From Candidatus Saccharimonadales bacterium (GTDB taxonomy: Bacteria > Patescibacteriota > Saccharimonadia > Saccharimonadales > JANWIN01), in NCBI GenBank assembly GCA_038231155.1, contig JBBRLY010000016.1:21506-85505 (forward strand): 64,000 nucleotides of DNA. Direction: 5' to 3'. The position numbers and the translations under genes are program-made. Of this stretch, positions 1 to 10,286 are shown piece by piece. Below the pieces are notes generated by a model. The model searched no databases. It was not told the DNA's origin and saw only the letters and a program-made list of their open reading frames with translations. Numbering within the stretch: the stretch's first letter is position 1; each line of letters starts with the position of its first letter.

Positions 1-559
1 AATTAAAACATACACCACTGTAACATCACTACCAGCTTGATTTAGGGTTAGCTGCGTAGCCAATGTACTTTTACCAGATTTGCTGTCACCTAAAACGGCA
101 ATTCGTTGGCCACGAACCAAAGGGAATAACGCGTCAATAACTGTGATGCCAGTCGGTAGTTGGGTGTTCAATTGTTCGCGCATATAAATTGGCGGTGCTT
201 TTTGAAAAACTGGCCACACCCCATCAGCTGCCACTGGTCCTTTACCGTCCAATGGTTCGCCAGTAACCGATATTACTCGGCCAATAAAATCTTTTCCAAT
301 TTTAGAAACTAATTCATTATGCAGCACGACTGCTACCATTCCGACATTTACGTTATGTGATCCCATATGCAGTATTACGACGTGATCTTCGTTAATGTGA
401 TGTACAAAGCCTTTACTGCCGTCCTCAAACATTACCAGACTATGGACAGTGACTGGTTGTAAACCCCTGACCTGTACTAAAAAACGGTCGACGCTAATTA
501 CTTCACCAACTGGACTACCTCCAGCTACTAAGCGATTAAAATGTTGGTTGGCTGGCACT
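1..559 (-). CDS. atpA: F0F1 ATP synthase alpha subunit, N-terminal part. The gene continues beyond the window start, and the likely start codon is GTG.
   Basis: The reverse-strand translation contains the alpha-subunit N-terminal beta-barrel region and the Walker A motif (GQRIAVLGDSKSGKST). The end coordinate is the GTG start. Confidence 0.8.
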
Positions 560-561
560 TC

Positions 562-1056
562 TTATGTGCTCCCTTGTCTTATCTTCTCTACTAGTAATGG
601 TTGGCTGTCTTTAATGTGCTGACGCAGACTAAAATCAAAATATTTACTTTTGGTGCGGACGATACAGCCAACTGCGATACTGGGTTGACGGCCGACTTGC
701 AAGATTAATAAAGGGTGAATTTCACGCCGCATCCAATCCACCAGCTTTATTAAAAAACCAGCGGGTGCATCGGCTGCAAAACTAATATGAATGACTGGAG
801 CTGATCGTTTAATATCGTCTAATATGTTTTTTAAGGCTTGGCGGTCTTCCGGAACAAGCAAGTTAAAGCCGTTTAAACCAGCCAACTCTTCCAGGTTATG
901 GCTGGATCGCGGTAAGCTTAGGGACTGGCGATTGGTTCTAATACCAGCTTGCAGCATAAATTCATCAACAGCGCTGAGTTCTCGATTCATCCGGCTGAAA
1001 TCTACAATTGTTATTGCCGAACTAGGCAGTTTTAGATTTGTACGGTTACTAGTCAT
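562..1056 (-). CDS. atpH: ATP synthase delta (OSCP) subunit.
   Basis: A 164 aa ORF sits between the b-like and alpha genes, and its C-terminal segment is OSCP-like. Confidence 0.5.
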   Translation of the reverse strand: MTSNRTNLKLPSSAITIVDFSRMNRELSAVDEFMLQAGIRTNRQSLSLPRSSHNLEELAGLNGFNLLVPEDRQALKNILDDIKRSAPVIHISFAADAPAGFLIKLVDWMRREIHPLLILQVGRQPSIAVGCIVRTKSKYFDFSLRQHIKDSQPLLVEKIRQGST

Positions 1057-1684
1057 GAGTAAGGTCCTCGATAATAGCCGTCTTATTAGCTTCCAAATCA
1101 GTTAGGATATATTCTAATTGATCACCTAAATCTATTTGATCACCGACTGCTGCCAAAACGTAATGATTTATGATTTCAGCCATATTTTGTTCAAAAGCTT
1201 TAATTAAACGTTCTTTTTCAGCGGCAACTTGTTCTTTTAGTTGTTTATTGAGTATTTCCCTCTGTTCTTCTACAGCTTGTTGGGTTTTAGCAATCGAATC
1301 AATGGCCAGCTGTTTGGCGTCCATAATTGATTGCTCATATTTAGCAAACTCTTCTTTTAGAGTGCGCGAAATTTCAGTCTTCATGTACTCATTGAGCTGA
1401 GAGGTCGTAAGTCGTAGATCTTGCTGTAAAAACATGGCATTTTCACCGATGATTTTTTCAAAGTGCAGGCGTCCCCGGTTACGCAGCTCTTCCCTAAATT
1501 CATTATTAAAAATATGCTCAACGTCTTGCTCGGCTAGTTTGAGATTATCTTGCAAGGCTAGCTTATCCTGGTCATTTTGGCGGGCAAGTTTTTGTTTGCG
1601 ACCTGACGCCATTACCAACATAACAGCAGTAGCCATACCCCCCACGATGATGATTAAGATTGTGATTAATTCCCAGAGTTGCAC
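1049..1684 (-). CDS. atpF: ATP synthase F0 subunit b.
   Basis: It has one N-terminal TM helix followed by a long charged coiled coil, and it lies directly upstream of delta and alpha. Confidence 0.5.
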   Translation of the reverse strand: MQLWELITILIIIVGGMATAVMLVMASGRKQKLARQNDQDKLALQDNLKLAEQDVEHIFNNEFREELRNRGRLHFEKIIGENAMFLQQDLRLTTSQLNEYMKTEISRTLKEEFAKYEQSIMDAKQLAIDSIAKTQQAVEEQREILNKQLKEQVAAEKERLIKAFEQNMAEIINHYVLAAVGDQIDLGDQLEYILTDLEANKTAIIEDLTHD

Positions 1685-1801
1685 TTAGTTGATGCCCACC
1701 TTGAAATAGTTTGCTATTTTGTAAAAAGCCCGCCACGTCAGCAGCTACCGCTCGAGCTTAATCTGTTTCAGTATAGCGCTTTTGGTTGGTTTACTAAAGT
1801 G

Positions 1802-2947
1802 TTAGATAGCGTCTTTTAAATGTCTTACAGCTAGGCGTATATCGCTGTCTTTGGTGCCTTTGCCAAGGCTAAAACGTAAAGAAGCTTGAGCCGCCTTTTC
1901 AGATAATCCAATAGCTTTTAAGACATGTGACGATTCGTCACTTGAAGCACTGCAAGCTGAACCAACACCACAGATAACTCCATGTTCGTCGAGATTCATC
2001 ATTAGACGCTCGTTATCTGCTCCAGGTATGGTTAGATGCAAGTTATTGACTAAGCGGTGCTTCGTTGAGCCGTTAATTTTAGCTTCTGGGATTGCCTCTT
2101 TGAGCAAATCGGTAAACAGTTGTTGTAACTTTTTAAGTCTATTTGACTCTAATTTACGGCTTGATTGGACTAAGCTCAGGGCTTTAGATAGCCCTATCGC
2201 ACTAGCAACGTTTTCGGTACCACTTCTAATAGCGTTTTCTTGACCGCCACCTAGTATCTGCGGCCTCAGTTGAACTCCAGTTTTAATGAATAGGGCAGCA
2301 CTTTGTTTTGGGCCATATATTTTGCCACCGTTAACGGTCATTAAATCTACTCCTAATCGATTAACGTGCAGATCTAAGTAATTGGCAGCTTGGCAGGCAT
2401 CAGTATGAAAATATAACGGTCTATCGTTGCCTGTTTGGATTCTTTGTCTGCGAATTGTGTCTATTAGCTTACTAATTTCGCGAATTGGCTCAATTGTGCC
2501 AATTTCGTTGTTAGCGTACATAACAGAAATCAGTACGGTTTTAGCGTCAATCTTTTTTTGTAAATCTTTTAGATCAATTAATCCGTCTGGTGATACTTTG
2601 ATTCGTTTATGGCGATATAGTTGAGCTGGTTTTATAACTGAATCGTGCTCGATAGTACTAATTACTAAGTTGCCATCTGGGTGAGTTTGCATGACACCTT
2701 GAACCGCTAAATTATTAGCTTCGGTTCCTCCAGCTGTAAATACAATCTCGCTGGGGCGAGATCCTAAACATTCAGCGATAATGGAGCGAGCCGCATTTAA
2801 CTGTTTAGCTACGGCTAACCCAGATAAGTAAATAGCTGAGGGATTATAAAATTTATCACTAAAATAAGGTAGCATGGCCGCTAAAACTTGTGGATCGATC
2901 GGCGTAGCTGCCGCATAATCCAAATAAACTGTTTTTGGCGTACTCAT
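1802..2947 (-). CDS. Cysteine desulfurase, class V aminotransferase of the IscS/NifS family.
   Basis: It shows the PLP fold-type I pattern, a GGKIYGPK lysine region, and a C-terminal catalytic Cys loop (GSACSAS). Confidence 0.85.
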   Translation of the reverse strand: MSTPKTVYLDYAAATPIDPQVLAAMLPYFSDKFYNPSAIYLSGLAVAKQLNAARSIIAECLGSRPSEIVFTAGGTEANNLAVQGVMQTHPDGNLVISTIEHDSVIKPAQLYRHKRIKVSPDGLIDLKDLQKKIDAKTVLISVMYANNEIGTIEPIREISKLIDTIRRQRIQTGNDRPLYFHTDACQAANYLDLHVNRLGVDLMTVNGGKIYGPKQSAALFIKTGVQLRPQILGGGQENAIRSGTENVASAIGLSKALSLVQSSRKLESNRLKKLQQLFTDLLKEAIPEAKINGSTKHRLVNNLHLTIPGADNERLMMNLDEHGVICGVGSACSASSDESSHVLKAIGLSEKAAQASLRFSLGKGTKDSDIRLAVRHLKDAI

Positions 2948-2972
2948 AACTTATGGATTAAAACTTTAAAGT

Positions 2973-3341
2973 CTAGACGTGGCTGTAAAGTTCGTCTTTA
3001 ACCCGTTTGCCATAGAGTTGAGTGGCATGGTAAAGGTTATCTACTTCTTGAGGTGTGGCTAGTTTATAAGGCTGACCGTCCTGCGCTTTTAAAATGCCAT
3101 CAGGGCGAACGTCATAACGCGTAGTTCTAACTTGCAAGTTACCACTTTTATCGGTCCATTCTTCGTGCCATACCCAAGTGCGCTTATCTAGGCAAAAGAA
3201 CTCACGGCGGGCGTTTTTAGGCACCGGTCCGAATAATTGGCCACCGATTTTAGCTTCGTGCCGAATTAAATCTCGATAAAGTTCAGCTTGGCGATCTTGC
3301 TGACGCTGAGATAGTAATCCCTTAAATATTTTAGTTATCAT
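2973..3341 (-). CDS. Hypothetical protein.
   Basis: The ORF is translationally adjacent to the next gene on the same strand, but has no recognisable motif. Confidence 0.4.
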   Translation of the reverse strand: MITKIFKGLLSQRQQDRQAELYRDLIRHEAKIGGQLFGPVPKNARREFFCLDKRTWVWHEEWTDKSGNLQVRTTRYDVRPDGILKAQDGQPYKLATPQEVDNLYHATQLYGKRVKDELYSHV

Positions 3342-3684
3342 TGGGTACCTGCGGTGTCATTATCTTATATTGCTGGTGGGCTAGAGCGATATCGCGTTGA
3401 GCAGTTTGAAGTAGTTGAGCCTGTTCGGCAAAAGCGTCATTTGGCAGGTTAGTCTCTTCGATTTTTTGATCGATAGTTGGTTCTTCAGCCGACATTTGTG
3501 GGACTGTAAGGCTACCTTCAACAACATTTGAGCCGATGGTTATTACGGTTTCTGTTACCTTTGGCTGGTAATCTGGTCGTATCCAAATTTGAGCAACACC
3601 ATCGAGTGCGTTTGCTACTTCGCTAACTCGATAGCCCACTAGGTCTCCAACGTTTTCAAATGACTCTTTAAGTGTATTAATCAT
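3331..3684 (-). CDS. Hypothetical protein.
   Basis: This is an ORF with no recognisable motif. Confidence 0.35.
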   Translation of the reverse strand: MINTLKESFENVGDLVGYRVSEVANALDGVAQIWIRPDYQPKVTETVITIGSNVVEGSLTVPQMSAEEPTIDQKIEETNLPNDAFAEQAQLLQTAQRDIALAHQQYKIMTPQVPNDN

Positions 3685-3687
3685 GTA

Positions 3688-4473
3688 TTACTCCAGGCCA
3701 AATAATAATAGCGCGTTTTGAGTAGTTTGGGTAGCCAGTTTTTTTAAGGGTTCACCCCTTAATTTACTTAAATATTCGGCCACCACCCGCACGTACTTTG
3801 GCTGGCAAATTTTACCACGAAATGGCACTGGGGTCAAGAAGGGAGCGTCAGTCTCTAACAGTAGTTTATCGGTTGGAATACGTTTATAGGCTTCTATTTG
3901 ATCCGGATTTTTAGCAAAGGTGGCGATGCCATTTACACCGACATACAAGTTTCTAGATAAGATTTCTTCCAAGTCATTGGCAGAAGATGAAAAACTATGT
4001 ACTACACCTTTAATTGGTTGTTTAGAGGAATTATATTCGTCAAAAATCTTCCAAAAATCACTAAATGCCTTGCGGACGTGAAATATAAGCGGTAATTTAT
4101 GTTCCAAAGCAATATCTAGTTGGAATCTCAGTAATTTTTCCTGATCAACTTTAGTGGAGTGCATATAATGATAATCTAATCCGGTTTCGCCTATAGCCAC
4201 CACTTTGGGATGGGAAGCTAGTTCATGGAACTGTTGCAGGGCAAGGTGATCGTGAACATAAACCGAGCCCTCATGTGGGTGTAAACCAATTGTCGCCCAG
4301 ATATTTTTATGGTTTTTAGCAAACTGGGTGGCAGTTTTACTATCCGGCAATGTACAACCGATGCACATCAGTCTAGTTACTCCGTCATTGACAGCATCAG
4401 CTACGGCCTGTTCGGGATCAAGTCCATAGTCTGCAAAGTGAATATGGCAGTGAGTATCTACCAGTTCAATCAT
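3688..4473 (-). CDS. TatD family metal-dependent DNase/hydrolase.
   Basis: The N-terminal DTHCH motif and the TatD-type TIM-barrel pattern are present. Confidence 0.85.
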   Translation of the reverse strand: MIELVDTHCHIHFADYGLDPEQAVADAVNDGVTRLMCIGCTLPDSKTATQFAKNHKNIWATIGLHPHEGSVYVHDHLALQQFHELASHPKVVAIGETGLDYHYMHSTKVDQEKLLRFQLDIALEHKLPLIFHVRKAFSDFWKIFDEYNSSKQPIKGVVHSFSSSANDLEEILSRNLYVGVNGIATFAKNPDQIEAYKRIPTDKLLLETDAPFLTPVPFRGKICQPKYVRVVAEYLSKLRGEPLKKLATQTTQNALLLFGLE

Positions 4474-5915
4474 TTTGGTGAGGTAGATTGATGCTTGGGG
4501 AATAAGGTAGTTTGGGTTTGTCTGATAATACCATCTCTAAAGATGTATTGAATTTGCTGGGCAGTGTGAGGTAGGAATGGTTCTAGAAGATCAGCAATTT
4601 CAAGTAATGCACCGGTTAAATAAGACAGCACTTCTTTAAGATGTTCAGTGTCCTTGGCTTTGGCTAGTTGCCAGGGTTTTTCTTCGTCAATGTATTGATT
4701 CAAGCCTCTGATTTGATGCCAAATTTCGTCTAAAGCTCGATCGAATCGGCATTTTTCAACAGCTTCCCAATACTGGGCACTATCGTGTTCAGCCGGAGGA
4801 ATTTGACCAATCATGCCTTCCTGATACTTGTTGATCATAGCAGCGGTACGCTGGACAGTGTTCCCAAGCTCATCAGCTAGTTCACTATTATAGGCTGACT
4901 CAAGTTTTTCCCAGCTAAAGTCACCGTCCTCATAGCTAGGTATATGGCGCAAAAAGAAGTAGCGGAAAGTGTCGACACTGTATTTTTCAATAATTTCTTT
5001 AGGGTGTATAACATTTCCCAGACTTTTACTGATTTTTTGATTAGACACCGTAATAAAGCCGTGCACGTAAATTGTTTTTGGCAAAGCCAGGCCCAACCCC
5101 AGCAGCATGCCAGGCCAAATAGCCGCATGAAAGCGTAAAATATCTTTGCCGATAACTTGGACATTGGCTGGCCAGAATTTTGTAAAGTCTTCGTGTTCTG
5201 GGTAACCAAGCACTGTAATGTAGTTCATTAAAGCTTCAAACCAGACGTACATGACTTGGCTGTCATCACCAGGTACCGGAATACCCCAGGAAATTTTATC
5301 TTTAGGTCGGCTAATGCTGATATCTTCCAGGCCAGTGGTAATTAACTGCTCGATTTCATGTTTTTTAGTTTCAGGGAAAATCTGCATTACGGCGTCATCT
5401 ATGGCTTGTTTAATCTGTGGACCGTATTTACTAAGTTTGAAAAAGTAGTTTTCTTCTTCAAGACTTTCGTAAGGTTTATTGTGAATCGGGCAAATACCTT
5501 TATTTTCTTTGGCAACCGCCTCAGTTACAAAAGCTTCACAACCACTGCAGTAAAGTCCGACGTACTTACCTTTATAAATATCGGCTGCTAAGTTTTTCCA
5601 GATAATTTGAGCCCGTTGTTCATGGCCTTGATCAGTGGTCCGAATAAATCGATCGTTACTGATATTTAATAACTTGGATAGATCTCGAAATTGTTGGCTC
5701 ATTTGATCGGCTAGTTGTTTCGGGGCAAGTTTCAACTCAGTAGCTTTTTCAGCCACTTTAGTACCATGCTCATCGGTGCCAGTGCTAAAAATCACTGGTT
5801 TACCTTGTTTGCGGGCCAGTCTAGCTAGTACATCAGCCTGGACTAACTCCATACCAAAGCCGATATGTGGTTCACCGTTTACATACGGAATAGAAGTTGT
5901 TACGTAGTAGTTCAT
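4470..5915 (-). CDS. metG: Methionyl-tRNA synthetase.
   Basis: A HIGH-like region (PHIGFG), the KISKS (KMSKS) motif, and zinc-knuckle Cys residues are present. Confidence 0.9.
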   Translation of the reverse strand: MNYYVTTSIPYVNGEPHIGFGMELVQADVLARLARKQGKPVIFSTGTDEHGTKVAEKATELKLAPKQLADQMSQQFRDLSKLLNISNDRFIRTTDQGHEQRAQIIWKNLAADIYKGKYVGLYCSGCEAFVTEAVAKENKGICPIHNKPYESLEEENYFFKLSKYGPQIKQAIDDAVMQIFPETKKHEIEQLITTGLEDISISRPKDKISWGIPVPGDDSQVMYVWFEALMNYITVLGYPEHEDFTKFWPANVQVIGKDILRFHAAIWPGMLLGLGLALPKTIYVHGFITVSNQKISKSLGNVIHPKEIIEKYSVDTFRYFFLRHIPSYEDGDFSWEKLESAYNSELADELGNTVQRTAAMINKYQEGMIGQIPPAEHDSAQYWEAVEKCRFDRALDEIWHQIRGLNQYIDEEKPWQLAKAKDTEHLKEVLSYLTGALLEIADLLEPFLPHTAQQIQYIFRDGIIRQTQTTLFPKHQSTSPK

Positions 5916-6039
5916 TACTGTCTCGTTCTAGTCTAAGGTTAATAGTTTTAAAATCAAATAAGAATAGCCCACTAGGGCATCATTGGCATCGTGACTGATT
6001 TGAGGTCTGCGTTCATAACTACATTATATCTGTTAGAGG

Positions 6040-6534
6040 CTAAAATAGCGAGGGTTGTTCAGGTGGTTCCAATTTGTAATTAAGCTGCTCCGCTAAGCGC
6101 TCTAAAAACTTTTCTTGGCCTTTATGCATTTTAGGTATGGCTTTAGTAATTTCAAACCATTTGACTTTATCTACTTCCGGAATTTGAATTTGCCTGCCAG
6201 ACCGAGGCGGACAGTCAATTGTTATTAAATTACTTTTGAGGTTTGCGGTATCAAACTCGGCATCAACTGCCCAACCATAGATTACTTTACTGGGGATTTT
6301 AACCGTACCTAGATTTATATATTTTCCAGGTGGGACATCTTTGCCGACTTCTTCTTTAAATTCCCGTTTGGCAGCTAAAAACGGCTCTTCACCATCAATA
6401 TATTCGCCTTTGATTAGTCCCCAGGCATTTTGATCTTTTTTAGCCCAAAATGGACCACCAGGATGTGCAAGCAGGACTTCAATAGATCCGTTACGATGTC
6501 TATAAACCAATATACCGGCGCTTTGTTTAACCAT
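6040..6534 (-). CDS. NUDIX hydrolase.
   Basis: The Nudix box GEYIDGEEPFLAAKREFKEEVG is present. Confidence 0.75.
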   Translation of the reverse strand: MVKQSAGILVYRHRNGSIEVLLAHPGGPFWAKKDQNAWGLIKGEYIDGEEPFLAAKREFKEEVGKDVPPGKYINLGTVKIPSKVIYGWAVDAEFDTANLKSNLITIDCPPRSGRQIQIPEVDKVKWFEITKAIPKMHKGQEKFLERLAEQLNYKLEPPEQPSLF

Positions 6535-6558
6535 TAAATATTCCCGTTAGTTTGTCAA

Positions 6559-7203
6559 TTATTCACCATGAGGTTTAAGCGTAACCCCTCTTGCGCAATC
6601 GCCTTCTCGCTCACAGAGTTCTGGACTTAGTGTCGGAATTACTTCAGTAATTATAGAAGAATAGGGGATCTTATTTTCATCTAAATAGCCCAAAGATTGT
6701 GTGCGTTGCCAGGTAACTATTACTTCGCTATGCTCCGCTCCTGCTTCCAAACATTGCTGAGCCACTTTGCCAGCAGTAGTGCCAGTAGTACCAACGTCTT
6801 CAATGATTACGGTCTTGATAAACTTATTGCGACTTAAATCACTAATCACCCACCTGGCAGGTTGAGTTAGTCGTACTTGCTTATCTGGTAATTTTTCGGA
6901 TCGTAATCCAAATACTTCTTGATAGTTTGTACTTACTGACTTTGCCAAGTCAAAAGCAAAGTCGGTAGTACCGTTGGCTACACCTAAAATAATTAATCCT
7001 AATCTATTGGGGTGACGGTATAGGATTCTTTGTTTATTGATGTCTAACCACTTTTGGTAAAGCTCAGTCCCTTTTTTGACAACACTAAAGTCCATCTTAC
7101 GACCATGTTTACCGCTAACAAATTCGTGATGTTGTTTACCCCTTGGATCTATAAAGTCTGGAGTGGCCATTAGCTCATTTCGAAAAGACTCAATAGCGTT
7201 CAT
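6559..7203 (-). CDS. Type I phosphoribosyltransferase, possibly orotate phosphoribosyltransferase.
   Basis: It carries the PRPP-binding motif VIIEDVGTTGTT and lies adjacent to the OMP-decarboxylase-like gene. Confidence 0.55.
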   Translation of the reverse strand: MNAIESFRNELMATPDFIDPRGKQHHEFVSGKHGRKMDFSVVKKGTELYQKWLDINKQRILYRHPNRLGLIILGVANGTTDFAFDLAKSVSTNYQEVFGLRSEKLPDKQVRLTQPARWVISDLSRNKFIKTVIIEDVGTTGTTAGKVAQQCLEAGAEHSEVIVTWQRTQSLGYLDENKIPYSSIITEVIPTLSPELCEREGDCARGVTLKPHGE

Positions 7204-7952
7204 CTATCTAAGCCTCTTCTTACTTCATCGGCAGCTAGTTTTAAAGCTTCTAGTTTTTCTGTTTGAGATTGCTTATTTGTTACCTCACGGCCGATTTCTA
7301 ATAAATCGGCGTCATTACTAATTGCTTCGTAGCGAGTTGTTATCCGCTTTTGATCATCACCATTAATCGTGACACCCTGCGACCGCGTGCCTACGACTAA
7401 AGTGAATAAACCTAACTTTTTGACATCGTAAACTTCTTCGCCGGAACATACCATGCCTTTAACACCGGCATCAATGACTTTATTAGCCTGATTTCGTATG
7501 TAAGACTTGGACGAGGTTCTTTCGTAACGCAAAGTTTCTGAATCGTCGATCGTTGATAAATGGGCCACTCCAAATATCATGATGCCTTTTTCAGCTAGTT
7601 TTTGTTGTGCCCAACTAAGTGAATCTAATCCGGAGTGTGTTGAGATTGTAATGCCACTTGGTGGATGCAAAAGTTCTAAATAGTTTTTAACGGCGACAGG
7701 CATGGTTTTTAAAGTGGCATATAGTTTAGGATCGGCCACCCACTCTAAGTCATTGTCGGCAACCATCTCTGAACACATTCTAAGACTAAGGTTCGGACTG
7801 GTTAAAAGTTCAAGTCCAACTTTAACTAAAACGGCTCCGGCTTTTTTTGCTAATCTTGCCGTTTCATCAGCAATTGAAATATCGGGTGTATCAAGTGCTA
7901 AAACTAACCTTTGTTCAGGTGCAAGTTCCAATCCAGGCTCAAATCTAATCAT
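7200..7952 (-). CDS. Orotidine-5'-phosphate decarboxylase family protein.
   Basis: LALDTP...KVGLEL and a DPK motif typical of the OMPdecase/KGPDC fold are present, and the gene overlaps the phosphoribosyltransferase gene by 4 nt. Confidence 0.5.
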   Translation of the reverse strand: MIRFEPGLELAPEQRLVLALDTPDISIADETARLAKKAGAVLVKVGLELLTSPNLSLRMCSEMVADNDLEWVADPKLYATLKTMPVAVKNYLELLHPPSGITISTHSGLDSLSWAQQKLAEKGIMIFGVAHLSTIDDSETLRYERTSSKSYIRNQANKVIDAGVKGMVCSGEEVYDVKKLGLFTLVVGTRSQGVTINGDDQKRITTRYEAISNDADLLEIGREVTNKQSQTEKLEALKLAADEVRRGLDR

Positions 7953-8391
7953 CGTGTGATTTAATAATGTGACCTATAATTTTTTGCCAACGCCTCGGTT
8001 GGTTTTCCGGATCCGGTGGAAAATACTCGGCATATTCTTCGTCACTCAACTCAGCTGCTAGCAATTCTTGATAACCTTCTAGCTTATCTCTTTGCATCAG
8101 CTGAGTATAGCCAAAATACTGACTCCAAAAGCCATTAGTCATGTCGACGATAGGAATCATAGGACTCTGCGTCTCCTTGCCAATATGTCGTGCACACAAA
8201 GGCGCCACTCGAACATCTGGTTTTATATCCGTTCCTTCTGGGGTAACAAAAATAGCGTCAGCGATCATTCCATCATATATACAATTAACATAGAATGCGG
8301 GATCTTCTATAAGTCTGTCTAAAGTAGCGATTGTGCCATCTGAAACAATTACTCTGGGCTCAGGTTGCTGATAGTCTGCTTCACCTACCAT
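7945..8391 (-). CDS. Hypothetical protein.
   Basis: This is an ORF with no recognisable motif. Confidence 0.4.
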   Translation of the reverse strand: MVGEADYQQPEPRVIVSDGTIATLDRLIEDPAFYVNCIYDGMIADAIFVTPEGTDIKPDVRVAPLCARHIGKETQSPMIPIVDMTNGFWSQYFGYTQLMQRDKLEGYQELLAAELSDEEYAEYFPPDPENQPRRWQKIIGHIIKSHDD

Positions 8392-8503
8392 TAAATTCTC
8401 CAGTGATTAATTATATTGTAGCAAACAATATTCACAAGTTGGCAAGGTAGAAGCTACAACATTGAAAGTCATCGTTGTAGAAACATTTGAACACTAATTT
8501 GTT

Positions 8504-9778
8504 TTACTGATCTATGTATTCTTGGCAAAGTCTTTCGAATATAGCATTAGTCCAGCCAAAGCCAGTCTGGCTAGGATATAAGCCTTTTGCTGGAGGTTTA
8601 GTTGGTTGTACAACATTATATTTTTCTATAAATACACCGTTTTTCTCAAACCAATCTAGGTTAGTTTTAAGCCATTTCATGGCAATTCGACGAGCTTCAA
8701 ATTCATAACCATAGCGTTTTAAACCTTGTACGATTATTAGGTGAAGTGGTGCCCAGCCATTGGGATAAGCCCATTGCGTAGGGGTTGCCCCGGGAACCAG
8801 CTGGCCGAGTTGTTGATCAGTTGTACTAAGCCCACCTTTTTGTTCGAATTTGCGTAAGTTTTTAACCAACTGCCTGGCGTGTTTGTCACTGGCGAGCCCT
8901 GCCCACATTGGATAATAAGATGCCAGCGAACTAACTGTACCGCGTCTTTCTTTAAAGTAGTTATAGTCATAATAGAGGCCTCGGGCATTACTCCACATCA
9001 ATTTATCTATCACGAATCTACGCTTATGAGCTTCTTTCTCCCATTCTTTCGCTTCTTTTTTATCACCTAATATTTGAGCCGATCTGGCAAAGTCCATTTC
9101 ATACTTATAAAGTAAAGAGTTAAGATCAACCGGCAAGTAATTTAGAGCTTTGCGATTAAAGCGCGGTGTCATATCCCAGCCACTTTCGGTCTCAGCTAAA
9201 TCATGGATGTAATTGATGTCATAGTAGCGTGATAGTTGGTGATAGACCTGCCGGTCATTGGGTTTTGTAGTTCCCTTCCATACGATTTGGTATTCATTTT
9301 TGGCTTGTTTGATAGCTTTTTTTAGCCATTGTTTGCCAGGATCATAGGCGTCATAAACATCAAAAATAAAAGATGTTAGTACTGGAGGTTGGGAACGACC
9401 CATTAAGTAAGTGCGCGAGGCATTAGGGATAATATTAAAACGATTCTGCATATAAAGCAGATTCTCTAAAATACCCATTACTAGTTCTTTATGATGGTCA
9501 TCCAACATCCCCTGTACCATAAAATAACTGTCCCAGTAATACATCTCATTAAAATCAAAGGGGTGACCTTCCTCGTAAGCTGGCACTAAATAAGGTTTAG
9601 GCAAACCCAACAAGGTATCATCATCTTTTGGATGATAGCGCTCTAACTTAGTCCAATAGCTAGCAATATATTCACGAGCCTTATGTACCTGCTCGCGTGA
9701 CAAATCGGAACGCCGCGGTATCATAATGTACTTGGCTTTATTTAATAAATCTCTGGCTGTTTCTAACATACTTCTCAC
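8504..9778 (-). CDS. GH37 alpha,alpha-trehalase-like glycoside hydrolase.
   Basis: Trehalase signature 1 (YYWDSYF) and a signature-2-like motif (QWAYPNGWAPL) are present. Confidence 0.7.
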   Translation of the reverse strand: MRSMLETARDLLNKAKYIMIPRRSDLSREQVHKAREYIASYWTKLERYHPKDDDTLLGLPKPYLVPAYEEGHPFDFNEMYYWDSYFMVQGMLDDHHKELVMGILENLLYMQNRFNIIPNASRTYLMGRSQPPVLTSFIFDVYDAYDPGKQWLKKAIKQAKNEYQIVWKGTTKPNDRQVYHQLSRYYDINYIHDLAETESGWDMTPRFNRKALNYLPVDLNSLLYKYEMDFARSAQILGDKKEAKEWEKEAHKRRFVIDKLMWSNARGLYYDYNYFKERRGTVSSLASYYPMWAGLASDKHARQLVKNLRKFEQKGGLSTTDQQLGQLVPGATPTQWAYPNGWAPLHLIIVQGLKRYGYEFEARRIAMKWLKTNLDWFEKNGVFIEKYNVVQPTKPPAKGLYPSQTGFGWTNAIFERLCQEYIDQ

Positions 9779-9901
9779 AGCTTATGGCTAGCTAGTCTAT
9801 GGGTCAAGCGAAACTGAGAAAAATGTGTATATTTATATATTATTTATATAAACTAGTTTTTATAATTTCATTATTAATATAAACAAATATACTATTACGC
9901 T

Positions 9902-9917
9902 TGACGATATATCGTCA
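9902..9917. promoter_or_regulatory. Perfect 16-bp palindrome tgacgatatatcgtca, 19 bp upstream of the PadR start. It is a probable autoregulatory operator.
   Basis: The palindrome is read directly from the sequence. Confidence 0.5.
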
Positions 9918-9935
9918 TTAGATATACTTAAGTCT

Positions 9936-10286
9936 ATGAATGGACACGCAGATAATCTTTTACCCCAAGTGTCTTTTAATATAATGTTAGCTTTGAGCTT
10001 AAAACCACGTCATGGGTATGAGCTGATGCAACAGATTGAACAGGATTCTCGAGGTGTTATAAAAATCGGTCCAGGTGCCCTCTATGGAGCTATAAAACAA
10101 CTCAACGAAGATGGTTTGATTGAAGAAATGCCATTTGAAGATAAGCGTCGACGCTATTACCGCTTGACTAAGAAAGGTTGGGATCGTTTAGGTGCCGAAA
10201 TTAAATACTATAGGAACGCTCTAAAACTAGCTGATCAACGCCGAATTGCTTTAGAAAGTGTCGGGTTAAAGTTATGGCTAAATTAG
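9936..10286 (+). CDS. PadR family transcriptional regulator.
   Basis: A winged-helix PadR pattern (GYELMQQIE...GALYGAIKQLNEDGLIE) is present. Confidence 0.85.
   Translation: MNGHADNLLPQVSFNIMLALSLKPRHGYELMQQIEQDSRGVIKIGPGALYGAIKQLNEDGLIEEMPFEDKRRRYYRLTKKGWDRLGAEIKYYRNALKLADQRRIALESVGLKLWLN

Noticed and set aside
4877-5591. Several 60-110 aa ORFs on both strands inside the metG region.
   Set aside because: They are fully contained within the well-supported methionyl-tRNA synthetase gene.
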